From the NCBI GenBank assembly GCA_964609135.1, contig CAZSQQ010000001.1, positions 56,673 through 120,672 on the forward strand: DNA of 64,000 bases. The letters run 5' to 3'. The translations under genes were made by a program, and so were the position numbers. Positions within the stretch are counted from its first letter, which is position 1; every line of letters starts with the position of its first letter. Below, piece by piece: positions 26,825 through 37,227 of the stretch. The notes beneath the pieces were generated by a model. It worked only from the letters and a program-made list of their open reading frames with translations, made no database searches and was not told the DNA's origin. Source of the DNA: an uncultured Candidatus Saccharibacteria bacterium. GTDB taxonomy: Bacteria; Patescibacteriota; Minisyncoccia; UBA6257; Colwellbacteraceae.

Positions 26825-29365
26825 CTACGCCCCATGACACCTTTTATATTTCTTGCCGCTACCACAAGGGCAGGGGTCGTTCCGGCCGACTTTCTTGCCG
26901 GGATCTCGGAGCGGCAACTCCGACTTTTCGGCCGGAGCTCCTCCGCCGCCTTCCGAAACCGACTCCAACTTAAATATATTATTGAAAACCCAACCCTCAA
27001 AATTGGCTCCCATTTCCTTGAAAAGCTCGTAACTGTCCCTACGGTACTCAACCAGCGGATCGTGCTGGCCATAAGCTCTAATCCGCACTGACTCGGATAA
27101 GGCCTCGATGTTCTCAAGGTGGTTCATCCACAGGAAGTCCAAAACCGATAGAATCTGGCCCTTAACCCCGCTAAAGCTCTTATAGTTCGCGATTCTCTCC
27201 TCCGCCAGGTCTTTCGCCCTTATGAAAGCCCTATCCCAGTCGTCGGAGGGTTTAATCTCATCCGAGTCGGGTTTCACCAAACCGACGGTCTTAACCGCGT
27301 TCACCAGCTCCTCAGTGCCGATATTCACTTCTTCCAAACGGTTTAAATAGTTATTAACGGCGTCTCTCACTATTTCCCTCAAATCGTCCTCGCTTAAAGC
27401 GGTCAAAATCCGATGACGCTTGCCGTAAAAATTAAGTCTCTGCTTATTTAAAACGTCGTCATACTCGAGCAAATGATGGCGAGCGTCAAAATTGATTCCC
27501 TCAACCTTGCTTTGCGCCTGCTTAATGGCGTTGCTCACGATTCCGCTCTCGATTGGCACGTCATCGGGCAAATCAAATTTTTCCATGAGTCCTTTGATCC
27601 TGTCTCCGCCGAAGATCCTCATCAGATCATCTTCCAGAGACAAAAAGAACTGAGACGATCCCGGATCTCCCTGTCTGCCGGCCCTGCCGCGAAGCTGATT
27701 GTCGATCCTTCGCGCCTCGTGCCTTTCGGTTCCTATAACGTGGAGGCCTCCTAACTCCTTAACCCTTCGAGTTTCCTCAGAGCTCGGTGGGTTACCACCG
27801 AGAATAATGTCCACGCCGCGGCCGGCCATGTTGGTCGCCAAGGTCACCGCCCCCATTCTTCCGGCCTGCGCGATGATTGCGCCTTCCCGCTCGTTATTTT
27901 TGGCATTCAATATCTCAAAAGGAATTCCCGCCTCTTTAAAGAGTTTCCCCAAAGCTTCGTTCTTTTCAATCGAAACCGTGCCGACCAAAATCGGCTGCCC
28001 CAAGGCATGTCTTCTTTCAATCTCCTCCGCAATCGCCCGATACTTGGCTTTAAGATTCTTATAGACCAAATCGGGTAAACCTTCCCTCACGAGCGGGCGG
28101 TTCGGCGGAATGCTTTCCACTTCCAGCTTGTAAACCTTGTGGAATTCCTCGGCCGAAGTCTGGGCCGTTCCCGTCATTCCGGAGAGCTTCCTATACAGTC
28201 TGAAATAATTCTGGATGGTAATCTGGGCAAGGGTTTTGGTTTCCTCTTGGATTCTCACTCCTTCCTTGGCCTCGATCGCCTGATGAAGTCCGGCCGAGTA
28301 CCGGCGCCCGAAAAGCAAACGACCGGTAAACTGATCAACTATGACAACTTGACCGTCACGCACAACATAATCCTTGTCTCTTTGGAAAAGAGCCTTGGCC
28401 TTCAAACTGGCCTCAAGGTAATGGACCAGCTGCAGGTTCTCCAGGGCGTATAAATCCCTGATTCCCGTCTGCCGCTCAACCTTGTTTATCCCCGGCTCGG
28501 TTATTTCAACCGTCTTAAGTTTCTCATCAAGCGCGTAGTCCTCGCCGGCCTTCAAATATCCCGCGGCTCTGGCAAAAACACGGTAATAATCCGAAGACTG
28601 CGTGTCCGGATAAGAAATTATAAGCGGAGTTCGCGCTTCATCAATCAAAATGGAGTCAACCTCGTCGATAATGGCGAAATTATGGCCGCGCTGGACTTGA
28701 TTTTGAAGGCTGGGAGCCAAGTTATCTCTTAGATAATCAAAGCCGAACTCGTGATTGGTCCCGTAGGTGATGTGAGCGAGATAGGCTTCACGACGTGACG
28801 CTGGGCGAAGGAACTCTTCTTGAACCAAGAAACTGCCGGTCGTATCTCTTTCCTTGTCAGCCAGAGCTTTCCCTTCCTTAGATATATGCCATTCAGGATC
28901 ATAGATGTAGGCGCCTTCGTGAACCAAACAAGCGACCTGAAGACCTAAAAAGCTGTAGATTTGTCCCATCCAGACGGTATCGCGTTTGGCCAGGTAATCG
29001 TTCACCGTAATAATATGAACTCCTCGCCCCGAGAGGGCATTCAGGTAAGCCGGAGAAGTCGCGGCCAAAGTTTTTCCTTCACCCGTTAACATTTCAGCAA
29101 TCGCTCCGCGGTGAAGAACCAGGCCGCCCCAAAGCTGGACGTCAAAATGCCTTTGCCTCAAAGTACGCCTCCCGGCTTCCCTAACCAGTGCAAAAGCCAT
29201 GGGCAAAAGGTCGTCCAGGTTCTCTCCCTCTTCGGCTCTTTTCTTTAATCCCAAACTCTCTTCCTTAAGGCCTTCGTCGCTCAATCCCTTTATTTTTTCT
29301 TCCAAGGAATTCACTGCCGCGATCTCGCCCGGCGGATTACCCCTGCCAAAGTTAAAAAAAACCAT
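26825..29365 (-). CDS. secA: preprotein translocase ATPase SecA
   Basis: DEAD-motor motifs and C-terminal zinc finger CPCGSGKKYKRCHG; 846 aa. Confidence 0.9.
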   Translation of the reverse strand: MVFFNFGRGNPPGEIAAVNSLEEKIKGLSDEGLKEESLGLKKRAEEGENLDDLLPMAFALVREAGRRTLRQRHFDVQLWGGLVLHRGAIAEMLTGEGKTLAATSPAYLNALSGRGVHIITVNDYLAKRDTVWMGQIYSFLGLQVACLVHEGAYIYDPEWHISKEGKALADKERDTTGSFLVQEEFLRPASRREAYLAHITYGTNHEFGFDYLRDNLAPSLQNQVQRGHNFAIIDEVDSILIDEARTPLIISYPDTQSSDYYRVFARAAGYLKAGEDYALDEKLKTVEITEPGINKVERQTGIRDLYALENLQLVHYLEASLKAKALFQRDKDYVVRDGQVVIVDQFTGRLLFGRRYSAGLHQAIEAKEGVRIQEETKTLAQITIQNYFRLYRKLSGMTGTAQTSAEEFHKVYKLEVESIPPNRPLVREGLPDLVYKNLKAKYRAIAEEIERRHALGQPILVGTVSIEKNEALGKLFKEAGIPFEILNAKNNEREGAIIAQAGRMGAVTLATNMAGRGVDIILGGNPPSSEETRRVKELGGLHVIGTERHEARRIDNQLRGRAGRQGDPGSSQFFLSLEDDLMRIFGGDRIKGLMEKFDLPDDVPIESGIVSNAIKQAQSKVEGINFDARHHLLEYDDVLNKQRLNFYGKRHRILTALSEDDLREIVRDAVNNYLNRLEEVNIGTEELVNAVKTVGLVKPDSDEIKPSDDWDRAFIRAKDLAEERIANYKSFSGVKGQILSVLDFLWMNHLENIEALSESVRIRAYGQHDPLVEYRRDSYELFKEMGANFEGWVFNNIFKLESVSEGGGGAPAEKSELPLRDPGKKVGRNDPCPCGSGKKYKRCHGA

Positions 29366-29368
29366 TCC

Positions 29369-29692
29369 TTAATTTCCTTTGTACCGATTATACTTGTTCA
29401 CCTCTTTCTGAAGCTTGTCTCTTACGGCGTCTATGGCGACCCTGACGTCAAAATTTTCATCCTCGGCCCGGAGCATTTTCCCGGGCAGTTTCAGGTCGCA
29501 TTCGGCGCGATAAACGTCGCCTTTGTGGTGATGGCGGGTCGTTCTCGCCACCTCCACCCAGGCCGTGAAATCGGACTCTTTCTCATCCTCGAGACGGGAA
29601 AGGAACTTGTTAAGTCCGCCGATCTTTTCTTCGATGTATTCCTTAAGGGGCGCCGTTAGTTCCAGATCAGTAGCTTTGATATTTATCTTCAT
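29369..29692 (-). CDS. hpf: ribosome hibernation promoting factor (HPF/RaiA)
   Basis: 107 aa, MKINIKATDLELTAPLKEYIEEK. Confidence 0.8.
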   Translation of the reverse strand: MKINIKATDLELTAPLKEYIEEKIGGLNKFLSRLEDEKESDFTAWVEVARTTRHHHKGDVYRAECDLKLPGKMLRAEDENFDVRVAIDAVRDKLQKEVNKYNRYKGN

Positions 29693-29717
29693 GTTCTTCT
29701 ATAGGCACACTCAATGA

Positions 29718-29760
29718 TAAAAAATCCCGCCCGTTTTTTCAAACGAGCGGGATTTCACGA
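29718..29760 (-). terminator. rho-independent terminator downstream of FAD-oxidase gene
   Basis: Hairpin AATCCCGCTCG/CGGGCGGGATT followed by T6 on the minus strand. Confidence 0.5.
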
Positions 29761-30021
29761 GAAGAAGATATTATCTCTTTTTCTTCCCTCCCTTCTTTGC
29801 TTTTTTTCTTGCCATTTATATATGCTTTTTCCAAATCTAACTGGGACTGTCGACCAGTCAATCCCGTTAATTTCTTTTAAATCCTATTCTTATTTTAGAA
29901 CAAATGGATTTTAAAACAACTGTGGATAACTTTGCTTCCTTTAAAGGAGCGGTAAGGGTGTCCTCCTAATTTGTTGTTAAGTGAGTGCTCGTCCTACCGC
30001 TCCACTCTCATTCTAAAGCCG

Positions 30022-31641
30022 CTACTTGCCAATATCAATAACGTAATCCTTTCTAAGTAGTTTCTTTAGAGAATCCACGCTTCCTCTGGTCTTCTTCCCT
30101 GGATTAAATATGTCCCGGGAGTCAAAAGCCGACTTCACGCTCCCGAAAACACTCATCATATCAGGACCAAACTCATCTTCCAAATACGGCAAACGCATCA
30201 AGCCATCGTTATGTTCAGCCGAGAGCGTTCCTCGGAGTTTAATAACTAAGTCGTAAACTTCTCGTGCGACCAGGAAAAGTTTTTCGACGTCCCGTTCGTC
30301 ACCCAAATCTAAGAAGGGCTGCATATGCACATTGCCGTCCCCGGCATGCCCCCAAATGGAAAATTGCAGCTCATGCTTTTCCATAATTCCGTAGAGTGAA
30401 TTGAGATACTTCGCCAGATGCTTCGGATGCACTGCCACGTCTTCAATGAAAGGCAACGCTTTTTTTACGCCCTTAGCTTCCTCGGCAACAACGGCCGCCA
30501 TTCTCCTCGCCTGCCACAACTCTCCTTGCTCCTTCTCGTCGTAAGCCTCGCGCAAATCAGAAGATAAATCTTTTATCAAATTTCTGGTTTCACTTATCTC
30601 TTGTTTTATAAAATCCAAATCATTGCCATCGAACTCTATAAAAAGTGTGAGCCAGGGCGCCTTGCTCCTTCCTGCCATTAAGACATGAACGAGCGCAGGG
30701 CTTTCTCTCTGCATCATTTCAACTAAAAATCTATCAACCATTTCGAAGGCGCTCGGATGTTTCTCTAAAACCAGCGGGACGGCTTCCCCGGCTTTCTCTA
30801 AAGCATCGAACGACGCGAGTAGAAGTCCCGTAAACTTCGGTTTGGGAATAGTTCTCAAAGTTATCTCGGTAATAATTCCCAAAGTTCCCTGACTGCCCGA
30901 CATTAACCTTGATAGATCTAAGCCTCCGTCCTGGAGCAGGTCGTAAAGCCAGTACCCGGTTGAGCTCTTGGTTACATCAAGCCGGGAATTCTGAATCAGA
31001 TTATGCTTACCGACGAGCAAATCTGACATTTTTCTATAAATCTCGCCTTCCAGACTTCCTCGGGCCTGCTTTTCAGCTATCTCTTCCTCGCTTAGTTTTT
31101 TAAACTCTACTTCCTCGCCGTCCGCCAAAATCATTTTCAGCGACAAAACATAATCACGTATTGAACCATACTTAACGGTCTTTTCTCCCCCGCCATTATT
31201 GGCGACTCCGCCGCCCAAGGAAGCGAAATTGGCTGAGGCTGGATAGGGTGGAAGGAATCTTCCCTGGTCACTTTCAAGTTTTCTATTTAGATCGCCCCAG
31301 AGAACTCCCGGCTCCACGCGCACAAAGTCGGGGCCCACTTCCAAAATCTTGTCGAGATACTTCGGAAATCTCAAAATAATGCCTTGATTTAAGGGACCTC
31401 CGGCTTGATCTGTCCCCTTCCCGCGGCAAGTTATGGAAAACCGCGGGTCGTCGGTCTCCTCTCTCTTCTTCACAACCCATTTTACCAAGCTTACTATGTC
31501 CTCACTAGACTTAGGGAGTACAACCGCCCACGGTTTTATGGTAAAAACACTGCCGTCCACGGAGTAGTGACGAAGTGTGGCCTCATCTCCCAAAACTTCG
31601 CCGGAAACAACCGACTGAAGTTCTTTCAGATACTCCTCCAT
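30022..31641 (-). CDS. FAD-linked oxidase (GlcD/D-lactate dehydrogenase-like)
   Basis: FAD_binding_4-type N-domain and FAD-oxidase C-domain pattern; 539 aa. Confidence 0.75.
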   Translation of the reverse strand: MEEYLKELQSVVSGEVLGDEATLRHYSVDGSVFTIKPWAVVLPKSSEDIVSLVKWVVKKREETDDPRFSITCRGKGTDQAGGPLNQGIILRFPKYLDKILEVGPDFVRVEPGVLWGDLNRKLESDQGRFLPPYPASANFASLGGGVANNGGGEKTVKYGSIRDYVLSLKMILADGEEVEFKKLSEEEIAEKQARGSLEGEIYRKMSDLLVGKHNLIQNSRLDVTKSSTGYWLYDLLQDGGLDLSRLMSGSQGTLGIITEITLRTIPKPKFTGLLLASFDALEKAGEAVPLVLEKHPSAFEMVDRFLVEMMQRESPALVHVLMAGRSKAPWLTLFIEFDGNDLDFIKQEISETRNLIKDLSSDLREAYDEKEQGELWQARRMAAVVAEEAKGVKKALPFIEDVAVHPKHLAKYLNSLYGIMEKHELQFSIWGHAGDGNVHMQPFLDLGDERDVEKLFLVAREVYDLVIKLRGTLSAEHNDGLMRLPYLEDEFGPDMMSVFGSVKSAFDSRDIFNPGKKTRGSVDSLKKLLRKDYVIDIGK

Positions 31642-32270
31642 TCTATAAGTTCTCTATCATCAAACTCCCGATAGGTAACACGTCTTACAAAATCTTTGTC
31701 CTTAGATTCAACCATTTTAAAATCCGAAAATGCCGGCTTCATGGCAAAAAGTATTTCCTGCACCCGGTAAGGAGTAGGGGCGGAAACCAATATTCTGAAA
31801 TTGGCTTTTCCTTTTTCTTTGAAAAGCAGTTGTACTACCGCCCCTTCGCCAATTTCATTGATGCGAGAAAAATCTATGTTGGCCAGGTTTAAATCCTTAA
31901 GTGACAGAATTCCTTTAAGAAAAACTCCCGTGTGGCTGCCGCCTTGGTGAAAAATGTTGTAATCATGAGCGGCCTTGGCGTCTTTTAAATTTAAGCCTTT
32001 CATTTTGCCCGCCGGAACCGCCAAATAGTAACCTATATCTCTACCCAGATGCTTAATGGCTATCTCAAAAGCAAAGGGCGGCTCCAGGTTTTTTATAATT
32101 TCGTTTAAATCAAGGAGAAATTTACCGGAGCCCAACTTCAAAAGCTTGAATCTCTTTTGCTCCTTAAGGCTATTCTTCACTGCCATTATGCCCACAGCCA
32201 TATTCCAAGTCGCGAGCAACATAATCGCCAGGAACGAAACTATGATAGTTGGCGTAAAGATTTCTGTCAT
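31626..32270 (-). CDS. hypothetical membrane-anchored protein
   Basis: 214-aa ORF with N-terminal TM; no motif recognised. Confidence 0.35.
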   Translation of the reverse strand: MTEIFTPTIIVSFLAIMLLATWNMAVGIMAVKNSLKEQKRFKLLKLGSGKFLLDLNEIIKNLEPPFAFEIAIKHLGRDIGYYLAVPAGKMKGLNLKDAKAAHDYNIFHQGGSHTGVFLKGILSLKDLNLANIDFSRINEIGEGAVVQLLFKEKGKANFRILVSAPTPYRVQEILFAMKPAFSDFKMVESKDKDFVRRVTYREFDDRELIEWRSI

Positions 32271-32334
32271 TGTAAAATTATATTGACCCTTCGATATGAC
32301 TCAGGGTCAATCCTGAGCCTGCCGAATGGATTGA

Positions 32335-33807
32335 ATGAAAAATTTTTACTGGCTGGTAGTTATAATCATTATAGCTTCCTTCTTACGGCTCGCCAATCTG
32401 GATAGCGTTCCTCCGGGCCTTTATCCCGATCAAGCGATGAACGGCAACAATGCGATTGAAGCTCTGCGAACAGGGGAATTTAAAGTTTTTTACCCCGAAA
32501 ATAACGGCCGCGAAGGCTTGTTCATCAATCTCCAGGCAATACCGATTGCTCTCTTTGGAAATGTCCCTTGGGCATTAAGACTCCCCGGGGCCTTATTGGG
32601 GATATTCACGGTACTCGGCCTGTATTTCTTAACTAAAGAACTTTTCCGCGAATCAAAGTTAAGAGAAGAGATCGCGCTTTTGGGCGCCTTTCTTCTGGCC
32701 ACTTCCTTTTGGGACATAATTTTCTCGCGCATCGGTTTCCGGGCCATCATGGCGCCTTTCTTTCTCACTTGGGCGCTATATTTTCTTTTTTGGACTTTCA
32801 GAAAAGCTGCTCAAGAGAAGTTAGCACCCGTAAAGCCGGCCCTCCTCTCGGGAATAGTTTACGGATTGGGATTCCACTCCTACATCGCCTACCGGGCAAC
32901 GCCTATTTTAATCTTGTTCATTCTGTGGCATTACTTTAGAAAAGCTAAAGCGGAAGGTTGGCATGAGGAATTTTGGAAAATCACCAAATATTTCTCCTTG
33001 GCAGCTTTAATCGTCTTCCTGCCCCTCGGGATTTACCTCTTCGGCCACCCTCAGGATTTCCTGGGAAGAACCTCGCAAATTTCAGTCTTTAGCTCTCAAA
33101 CTCCGATACCGGACTTAATCGGCAATACTCTAAAAACCTTAGGGATGTTTAATTTTATCGGAGATTACAACTGGCGTCACAATTTCTCGGGACGGCCGGA
33201 GCTCTTTTGGCCGGTAGGCATTATGTTCCTCGCGGGCGTTGCTTTGCTTATCAACCAGATTAGAAAATTGGATTTCAAATTTCTTGTTCTCACGCTCTGG
33301 TTTGCGGCCGCTTCTCTGCCAGTTATAATCTCGAACGAAGGTCTCCCGCATGCCTTGCGCGCAATTCTCCTTGCCCCGCCTGTTTTCATTATCGCCGGAT
33401 TGGGAGGAGTCTGGCTTTACCAATATCTAAAGTCAAAAATGCCCATCTTAAAAAAACAATTTCGAATCATGGCGTTACTTTTTCTCACACTTCTCGCATT
33501 CGAAGCTTACAATACTTACTTTATCCTGTGGGCAAAAAATCCCGAGACTGCCGGCGCCTACAACGAAAACTATGTGAAAATCGCGGAGAAACTTAATTCT
33601 CTTCCCAAAGAAACCCCAAAAGTGATAATAGTAACCGCCGGCGGAGTCATAGTCCGGGGGATCCCGATGCCCGCGCAAACCGTCATGTTCTTAACCGACA
33701 CCTTTAGGGAAGAAAATCAAAAAGAAAAGAACTTTTATTACTTAACCCCGGAGAAACTAAGCACTTTCAAGACTCCAGAGAGCGCTTATGTCGTCGAACT
33801 AAACTAG
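32335..33807 (+). CDS. GT39/ArnT-like membrane glycosyltransferase (PMT_2 family)
   Basis: about 12 TM helices with an N-terminal loop motif typical of dolichyl/undecaprenyl-phosphate-sugar transferases. Confidence 0.65.
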   Translation: MKNFYWLVVIIIIASFLRLANLDSVPPGLYPDQAMNGNNAIEALRTGEFKVFYPENNGREGLFINLQAIPIALFGNVPWALRLPGALLGIFTVLGLYFLTKELFRESKLREEIALLGAFLLATSFWDIIFSRIGFRAIMAPFFLTWALYFLFWTFRKAAQEKLAPVKPALLSGIVYGLGFHSYIAYRATPILILFILWHYFRKAKAEGWHEEFWKITKYFSLAALIVFLPLGIYLFGHPQDFLGRTSQISVFSSQTPIPDLIGNTLKTLGMFNFIGDYNWRHNFSGRPELFWPVGIMFLAGVALLINQIRKLDFKFLVLTLWFAAASLPVIISNEGLPHALRAILLAPPVFIIAGLGGVWLYQYLKSKMPILKKQFRIMALLFLTLLAFEAYNTYFILWAKNPETAGAYNENYVKIAEKLNSLPKETPKVIIVTAGGVIVRGIPMPAQTVMFLTDTFREENQKEKNFYYLTPEKLSTFKTPESAYVVELN

Positions 33808-34054
33808 TGAAACCTTCATGGCGCAAAATTTTTTCTTTGAGTCTTGCTCCGCCGGCATAACCACCCAAGCTGCCGTCGGAGCGAATGACGCGATGACAAG
33901 GAACTTTGGGGTCGCGATTCTTATTCATAATATTTCCTACCGCCCGATAAGCCCGCGGGCTGCCGGCGAGACGTGCCACTTCCTTGTAGGTTAAAACTTT
34001 TCCTTTGGGAATTCGCCTTACGACTTCCCTAACTCTTTCTTCGAAACTACTCAT
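33767..34054 (-). CDS. methylated-DNA-protein-cysteine methyltransferase DNA-binding domain (MGMT/Ogt-like)
   Basis: Active-site PCHRVI motif; 95 aa. Confidence 0.75.
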   Translation of the reverse strand: MSSFEERVREVVRRIPKGKVLTYKEVARLAGSPRAYRAVGNIMNKNRDPKVPCHRVIRSDGSLGGYAGGARLKEKILRHEGFTSLVRRHKRSLES

Positions 34055-34604
34055 GGTTTTTCTTAAACTTCGCGCCCATCACAAAAACACTAAAAAGGAT
34101 TGCCGCGGTCACTATGCCCAAATAGATAACCATAATCTGTGAGTATGAAAATGGCACTTTATGCAAACTTCCCAAAACAAGTGCGCCGATCCAAGAAGTG
34201 ATTGAAACGGCGCCGCTCGCAAATAAAACCGGCTGGTTTTTTGTGAATTCTGGAGAATAAGGCAAATGCTTACCCAGATGTTTCTTTAAATGAGGAATAA
34301 GCTTCAGGTGCAAAAGAATGCCGTTTAAAAGAATTACTCCAACAATTGTCATTTTAGCTAAGAATTTCGATGAATCAATGTAATGATCCGGGTCCATATT
34401 AAAAATCAAACCGCCGGAAACAATGATGATTATGAGACCTATCCAAACCATCTTGCTTCCAAGCGTGAGAAACCCCATTTCGGTCTTCGAGATTTTCATA
34501 TCTTTTAACGACTTAAAGAACATAAAATCACTGGCAATGGCTCCACCGGCGCCAAAAACCACGCCCACCAGATGGAAAATGGTGAAGATTTCCTTAATCT
34601 CCAT
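34047..34604 (-). CDS. hypothetical membrane protein
   Basis: 185 aa, 5-6 TM helices. Confidence 0.4.
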   Translation of the reverse strand: MEIKEIFTIFHLVGVVFGAGGAIASDFMFFKSLKDMKISKTEMGFLTLGSKMVWIGLIIIIVSGGLIFNMDPDHYIDSSKFLAKMTIVGVILLNGILLHLKLIPHLKKHLGKHLPYSPEFTKNQPVLFASGAVSITSWIGALVLGSLHKVPFSYSQIMVIYLGIVTAAILFSVFVMGAKFKKNHE

Positions 34605-34613
34605 AGTCTAATC

Positions 34614-35192
34614 TTACAATGAAAACTCTTTCACAACATCATAGTCGGCTCCTGTTTTATATAAATGAGACTCCATAAGTAAAAAGGATTTCGCTTTGTC
34701 GCGCCACTCAATTCTCTCTTGAAGTTCCTTTATCGGAAACGAAGAAAGTCTCTCCGGACGGAAACGGGCAAGCGTGAGATGCAGGCGAAAAGGACGCTTT
34801 TCTTCTTTTTGACCTAAGGATGCCGTGAGTTTGCGCTTGAAATCAATGAGTCTCTCGGGGGCTTGCCCTTCCGCCCAAATCAACCTTGGCTCGCGTTCAT
34901 TAGGACCGTATGTAACGTGATTGAATTCCATATCCCAGCCCACGGCTGGCCCGCCTCGGGCGGGAAATTCTTCTCTAACTGCATTGAGCTTCCGAATCAC
35001 GCTTTCAATATTCTCTTCGTACCAGGGCGGCACAAGCGTGATGTGTAAATTTTTTCCTTCGAGCCATCTTACTCTGCCCTCCGTAGCTCTCGCGAAGGAG
35101 GGCCGGCTACTTAAAATTTTCTTCTCCCATGAAAGTATCTCGTCCTGCAATTCCTTTGAGATACCGACTGCCACAAAAATACGGCGGCTCAT
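34614..35192 (-). CDS. thpR: RNA 2',3'-cyclic phosphodiesterase (LigT/ThpR, 2H family)
   Basis: Two H-x-T/S-x motifs: HITLVPP and HLTLARF. Confidence 0.75.
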   Translation of the reverse strand: MSRRIFVAVGISKELQDEILSWEKKILSSRPSFARATEGRVRWLEGKNLHITLVPPWYEENIESVIRKLNAVREEFPARGGPAVGWDMEFNHVTYGPNEREPRLIWAEGQAPERLIDFKRKLTASLGQKEEKRPFRLHLTLARFRPERLSSFPIKELQERIEWRDKAKSFLLMESHLYKTGADYDVVKEFSL

Positions 35193-35195
35193 GCC

Positions 35196-36599
35196 TTAAA
35201 ACTCTTCAAAAAGTTTTACTAAGAGCCTCACTGGCGCACCGGCGGCGCCTTTGGCCAAATTTTCTCCTTCAACCGAAGTCATGCGGGGCGCCATATCTAT
35301 GTGAACCCAAGGATAATCTTTGGCGAATTGATATAAGAACATGGCTCCGGTCACAGCCCCACCGTACTTTGTCTTCCCTAAATTGGCGACGTCACCAAAC
35401 GTTCCTTTGATTTCTTCTTCATACTCATCCCACAACGGCAGCGGCCAGACATAATCGCCACTCTCCTCCCCCAGTTCTCTAAACAAGTTCTCAAGCTTAA
35501 CATCTTTGGTAAAGATCGCCGAGGCTCTCTGTCCCAAAGCGACCATCGAGGCGCCCGTTAGAGTCGCAATATCAACAACTAACTTAGGTTTATACTTTTT
35601 GGCATAAGTTAAAGCATCGGACAAGATAACCCGCCCTTCGGCATCGGTATTCAAAACCTCGATTGTTTTCCCGGACATTGTTCTTAAAACATCCCCCGGC
35701 CGGTAACTCGATCCCGACGGCATATTTTCAACTGCCGGGATTAGCCCGACAATATTCTTCTTCAGTTTCAACTTGGCGGCCAAGACCGCGGAACAGATAA
35801 CCGCCGCGCCGCCGGACATGTCCATATGCATTTCATACATATGATCCTCCGGCTTTACGTTTAATCCGCCGGTATCAAAAGTAACTCCCTTCCCAACTAA
35901 GACAATGGGTTTCTTTTTACCTGCCTTTAAGTATTCAAGAATAATGAATTTAGGCTCTTCCTCGGATCCCCGAGAAACTCCTATTACTCCGCCCATCTTT
36001 AATTTTTTAATCTCCTTTAGTCCTAAAACCTTGACCTTGACGGCAGTTCCGTGAGCGAGCTCTTTAGCGCGACCTGCCAAAATTTTGGGCGTCATTTCCC
36101 CTCCAGGAGTATTAGCCAGTGACCGACATTCATTAACCCATCTTCCTATGAGCTCGCCCTTCGTAAATCCTTTCTTCGTCACCGCAGAGACTCTTCCCAA
36201 AACAAAAACTTCGTGAACAAAATCCCACCCCTCCTTAGGCTTGGATTTATATTTAACAAATTCGAAGTTAGCCATCTCGAAATTTTCAGCCAAAAATTGC
36301 GCCGTTTCGCCATCCTTGACTCTCAAATTGGGAAAATCAAAATCAGAAAAGTTTATCGCCAATCTCTTTATTTTGTTCGCTTTAGCAAGGGAGATGATCT
36401 TACGAATAAGCACGATTAGCTTCCTCAGATTAAAATCTTTGGCTTCACCCATCCCTACGGCTATCGACTTCCGGCCGCCGGGCATCACTAAAACCTGACT
36501 GTCTTTTTCTCGAGTTAACGAAACCACCGCCACGTCTTTTGGCAACGTATCTACTCTATTGCTTGAATTAAATCTGATCTTCATTTTATCTGCTTCTAT
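35196..36599 (-). CDS. pepA: leucyl aminopeptidase (M17)
   Basis: NTDAEGR catalytic motif; start trimmed to the Met after the GC-rich palindrome. Confidence 0.85.
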   Translation of the reverse strand: MEADKMKIRFNSSNRVDTLPKDVAVVSLTREKDSQVLVMPGGRKSIAVGMGEAKDFNLRKLIVLIRKIISLAKANKIKRLAINFSDFDFPNLRVKDGETAQFLAENFEMANFEFVKYKSKPKEGWDFVHEVFVLGRVSAVTKKGFTKGELIGRWVNECRSLANTPGGEMTPKILAGRAKELAHGTAVKVKVLGLKEIKKLKMGGVIGVSRGSEEEPKFIILEYLKAGKKKPIVLVGKGVTFDTGGLNVKPEDHMYEMHMDMSGGAAVICSAVLAAKLKLKKNIVGLIPAVENMPSGSSYRPGDVLRTMSGKTIEVLNTDAEGRVILSDALTYAKKYKPKLVVDIATLTGASMVALGQRASAIFTKDVKLENLFRELGEESGDYVWPLPLWDEYEEEIKGTFGDVANLGKTKYGGAVTGAMFLYQFAKDYPWVHIDMAPRMTSVEGENLAKGAAGAPVRLLVKLFEEF

Positions 36600-36630
36600 C
36601 ATACAGTTTTGGCGATTTTCTTCAATGAAG

Positions 36631-36661
36631 TGGGCGTGGTGGAGCAATGCTCCACCACGCC
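36631..36661. repeat. perfect GC-rich palindrome GGGCGTGGTGGAGC-AAT-GCTCCACCACGCCC
   Basis: 14-bp perfect inverted repeat immediately upstream of pepA. Confidence 0.6.
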
Positions 36662-36787
36662 CCGCGCTCGCTTTGCGCCTACTTGTGGTTGCGCATCACA
36701 ACCTCCTTCCAAAGAACTTCCGCCGCAAGAAAAAAGCCCCTCTATTCGGGACTCTTTCTCGAGCGGATATAAACTTTTGTTATTCTC

Positions 36788-37102
36788 TTATGCCAAACGC
36801 AGCCTTTTTAACAAAAGCTTATATCCGCCCGCTCCATGATGGAGCCAGTAATTGACCCTACTTATGGTTGCGGAGCTCATCTTGGTTTGATCCACAATTT
36901 CAAGAAAAGACACGCCCTTGGCCAGCATCTTGGCTACCTGCCAGCGTCTGGCCGCTTCCTGGATCTCCTCAAGCGTCAAAAGATCGCGGAAGAACCGCTC
37001 GCACTCGTCAACGCCCTTGAGCTCTAAAACGGCCTTATAAAGATCGTAAACCTCTCTAGTCCCAATAGTTTTCTCTACAGCTTTAGTCATATTCATTTTC
37101 AC
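36788..37102 (-). CDS. TrpR-like YerC/YecD family protein
   Basis: 104 aa, C-terminal HTH ...MSSATISRVNYWL... Confidence 0.6.
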   Translation of the reverse strand: MKMNMTKAVEKTIGTREVYDLYKAVLELKGVDECERFFRDLLTLEEIQEAARRWQVAKMLAKGVSFLEIVDQTKMSSATISRVNYWLHHGAGGYKLLLKRLRLA

Positions 37103-37227
37103 TCTTAATTCTTATTGCCCCTCTCTATCTTATCGCTTTAAAGCGCTAAAGTGGAATACTACAAAGATAGAATAGCAAACGGGTGGGGACCGTCAAGTCC
37201 CTGTGGATAACTACCTACTCCCCGGAT

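Noticed and set aside
26248-27117. 289-aa ORF
   Set aside because: Its 5' 100 codons overlap the secA 3' end; the genuine start is MKYFFGGVNGSGKTT at 26817.
29930-30020. Long-range hairpin GGAGCGGTAAGG...CCTACCGCTCC upstream of hpf as a riboswitch
   Set aside because: It is a single stem with a 40-nt loop and no recognisable riboswitch consensus; more likely a terminator or attenuator for the upstream gene. Not enough to call.
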